Assembly (NCBI GenBank): GCA_964357395.1
Contig: CAYHLC010000002.1
Location: 107,033 to 167,675 of the forward strand
Source of the DNA: an uncultured Candidatus Saccharibacteria bacterium
GTDB lineage: Bacteria; Patescibacteriota; Minisyncoccia; Phycocordibacterales; Phycocordibacteraceae
DNA length: 60,643 bases
Reading direction: 5' to 3'
Position 1 is the stretch's first letter. Each line of letters begins with the position of its first letter. This document shows positions 60,329 to 60,643 of the stretch, piece by piece. The position numbers and the translations under genes were made by a program. Below the pieces are notes generated by a model that ran no database searches, was not told the DNA's origin, and was given only the letters and a program-made list of their open reading frames with translations.

Positions 60329-60526
60329 CTAGTTCCCCTGGCTGTTACTTTGGAGCACCATTGCTCCTGCGCCTGCACCGGCTGCCGCCGAAAGGAGAGT
60401 GAGTATCGGATTTCCCTCAGTTAGCGTGAACCCCAAGCCACCTGCGAGAAGCGCCGCTGGTATGATTACGCCCCATGCAAATACTTGCTCAATCAAACCA
60501 CCACCATTTTCAGTTCGCTTTGCCAT
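60329..60526 (-). CDS. small 2-TM membrane protein (hypothetical)
   Basis: 65 aa with two Gly/Ala-rich helices. Confidence 0.5.
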   Translation of the reverse strand: MAKRTENGGGLIEQVFAWGVIIPAALLAGGLGFTLTEGNPILTLLSAAAGAGAGAMVLQSNSQGN

Positions 60527-60643
60527 AGTTTATTGTTTAGTTTTAAGTCATAATAGTATAGCACTGGTATAGCTATCTGTCAAGTAAGCGTAATGTTTCA
60601 ATAGCTTCGCAACACCAAGGAGGTCTAGGATGTACCTATGGCC

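Noticed and set aside
1-60643. Searched for CRISPR arrays, rRNA genes, reverse transcriptase/DGR or retron signatures, integrases and recognisable defence operons.
   Set aside because: No regularly spaced direct repeats, no rRNA-like conserved strings, no YxDD or integrase R-H-R-Y contexts, and no multi-gene defence-like cluster were found by eye.
1-60643. Alternative genetic code (UGA as sense, as in some CPR lineages).
   Set aside because: Conserved genes here (fmt, mrdA, the second RAYT, the SET gene and others) terminate at TGA at the expected protein ends, so code 11 fits.

Overview
The window reads as a compact, gene-dense bacterial chromosome segment with standard code 11, since UGA closes many conserved genes. 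By inference it comes from a reduced Patescibacteria/CPR-like lineage. All family calls rest on motif recognition in the supplied translations. No database search was possible.

Housekeeping content:
- Translation: gltX (5' partial), lysS, archaeal-type proS, csaA-like tRNA-binding protein, rpmA, rplI, rplU, frr, hpf, def, fmt, yqeY, tRNA-Glu(CUC).
- Replication and repair: dnaB, recR, rmuC, holB-like, a DEDD exonuclease, and a PriA homolog without ATPase motifs.
- Envelope: a partial dcw cluster mraZ-rsmH-ftsL-ftsI-murF, an elongasome operon mreB-mreC-mreD-mrdA, a second mreB next to murA, plus mltG, ctp, rseP, an M23 peptidase and an SLT-like lysozyme.
- Accessory genes: corA, LOG, PQQ-dependent dehydrogenase, pip, SET-domain protein, PAS-HisKA_2 kinase, KGG stress protein.

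Unusual features:
1. More than a third of all genes encode unrecognisable 40-130 aa membrane proteins, mostly with two hydrophobic helices. They sit singly or in tight arrays between core genes. Two arrays are bounded by a degenerate second copy of the 3' end of the adjacent core gene (fmt and rplI), which looks like an integration scar.
2. A T-box leader with a proline specifier lies upstream of a small ORF-csaA-proS. Its promoter abuts a double-palindrome operator that is repeated in the promoter of the neighbouring TrpR/YerC-like gene.
3. Two divergent HUH-Y1 (RAYT/IS200-like) transposase genes each carry their own hairpin repeats. One abuts a glmS remnant. The other has its palindrome in frame inside its own ORF.
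4. Two copies of a roughly 68-bp palindromic promoter cassette occur, along with a recurrent TAGGGT-rich motif.
5. Many genes have a -10 box 6-9 nt upstream of the ATG, implying leaderless or near-leaderless mRNAs.

No CRISPR array, rRNA, reverse transcriptase or recognisable defence operon was seen.
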